From: Eledone cirrhosa
Taxonomy: Eukaryota
NCBI GenBank assembly: GCA_964016885.1
Contig: OZ024743.1
Coordinates: 173,662,001 to 173,726,000, forward strand
Length of the DNA: 64,000 nucleotides
Direction of reading: 5' to 3'
The number at the start of each line of letters is the position of its first letter. Position 1 is the stretch's first letter. The notes beneath the pieces were generated by a model. That model saw nothing but the letters and a program-made list of their open reading frames with translations. It was not told the origin of the DNA and made no database searches. This document shows positions 63,948 to 64,000 of the stretch, one piece after another. The position numbers and the translations under genes are program-made.

Positions 63948-64000
63948 GTAGTAATACTTTATCATTTTAACTTTTTAGAATGGACAAAAACCCATGCAAA

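Overview
AT-rich, microsatellite-dense animal genomic DNA, most likely a cephalopod such as Octopus (inferred from the SINE/RTE/Penelope repertoire and the (TA)n load). Host genes: (1) a Pro/Thr-rich terminal coding exon at 14595-15626 (+); (2) a spliced FAM47-family gene (+) with five in-frame exons at 38081-47370, preceded by an RFX X-box. The rest is mostly transposons: RTE LINEs with a PHD finger inside the RT, CR1-like LINEs, RLE-type LINE remnants, two Penelope-like (Naiad-like) elements, a mariner remnant, non-autonomous Helitrons, two SINE families, a piggyBac-like MITE, and a complete 2.1-kb non-coding LTR element whose primer site is a tRNA-Trp-like minihelix. The most striking structure is a recurring set of fold-back (palindromic) elements in (TA)n tracts that carry hammerhead ribozyme motifs on both strands (12 motifs read by eye, including a CCGAAGA core variant). 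Two covarying RNA structures also occur at the ends of RTE-related elements. All family calls are by-eye motif recognition; no searches were run, and many repeat boundaries are approximate.
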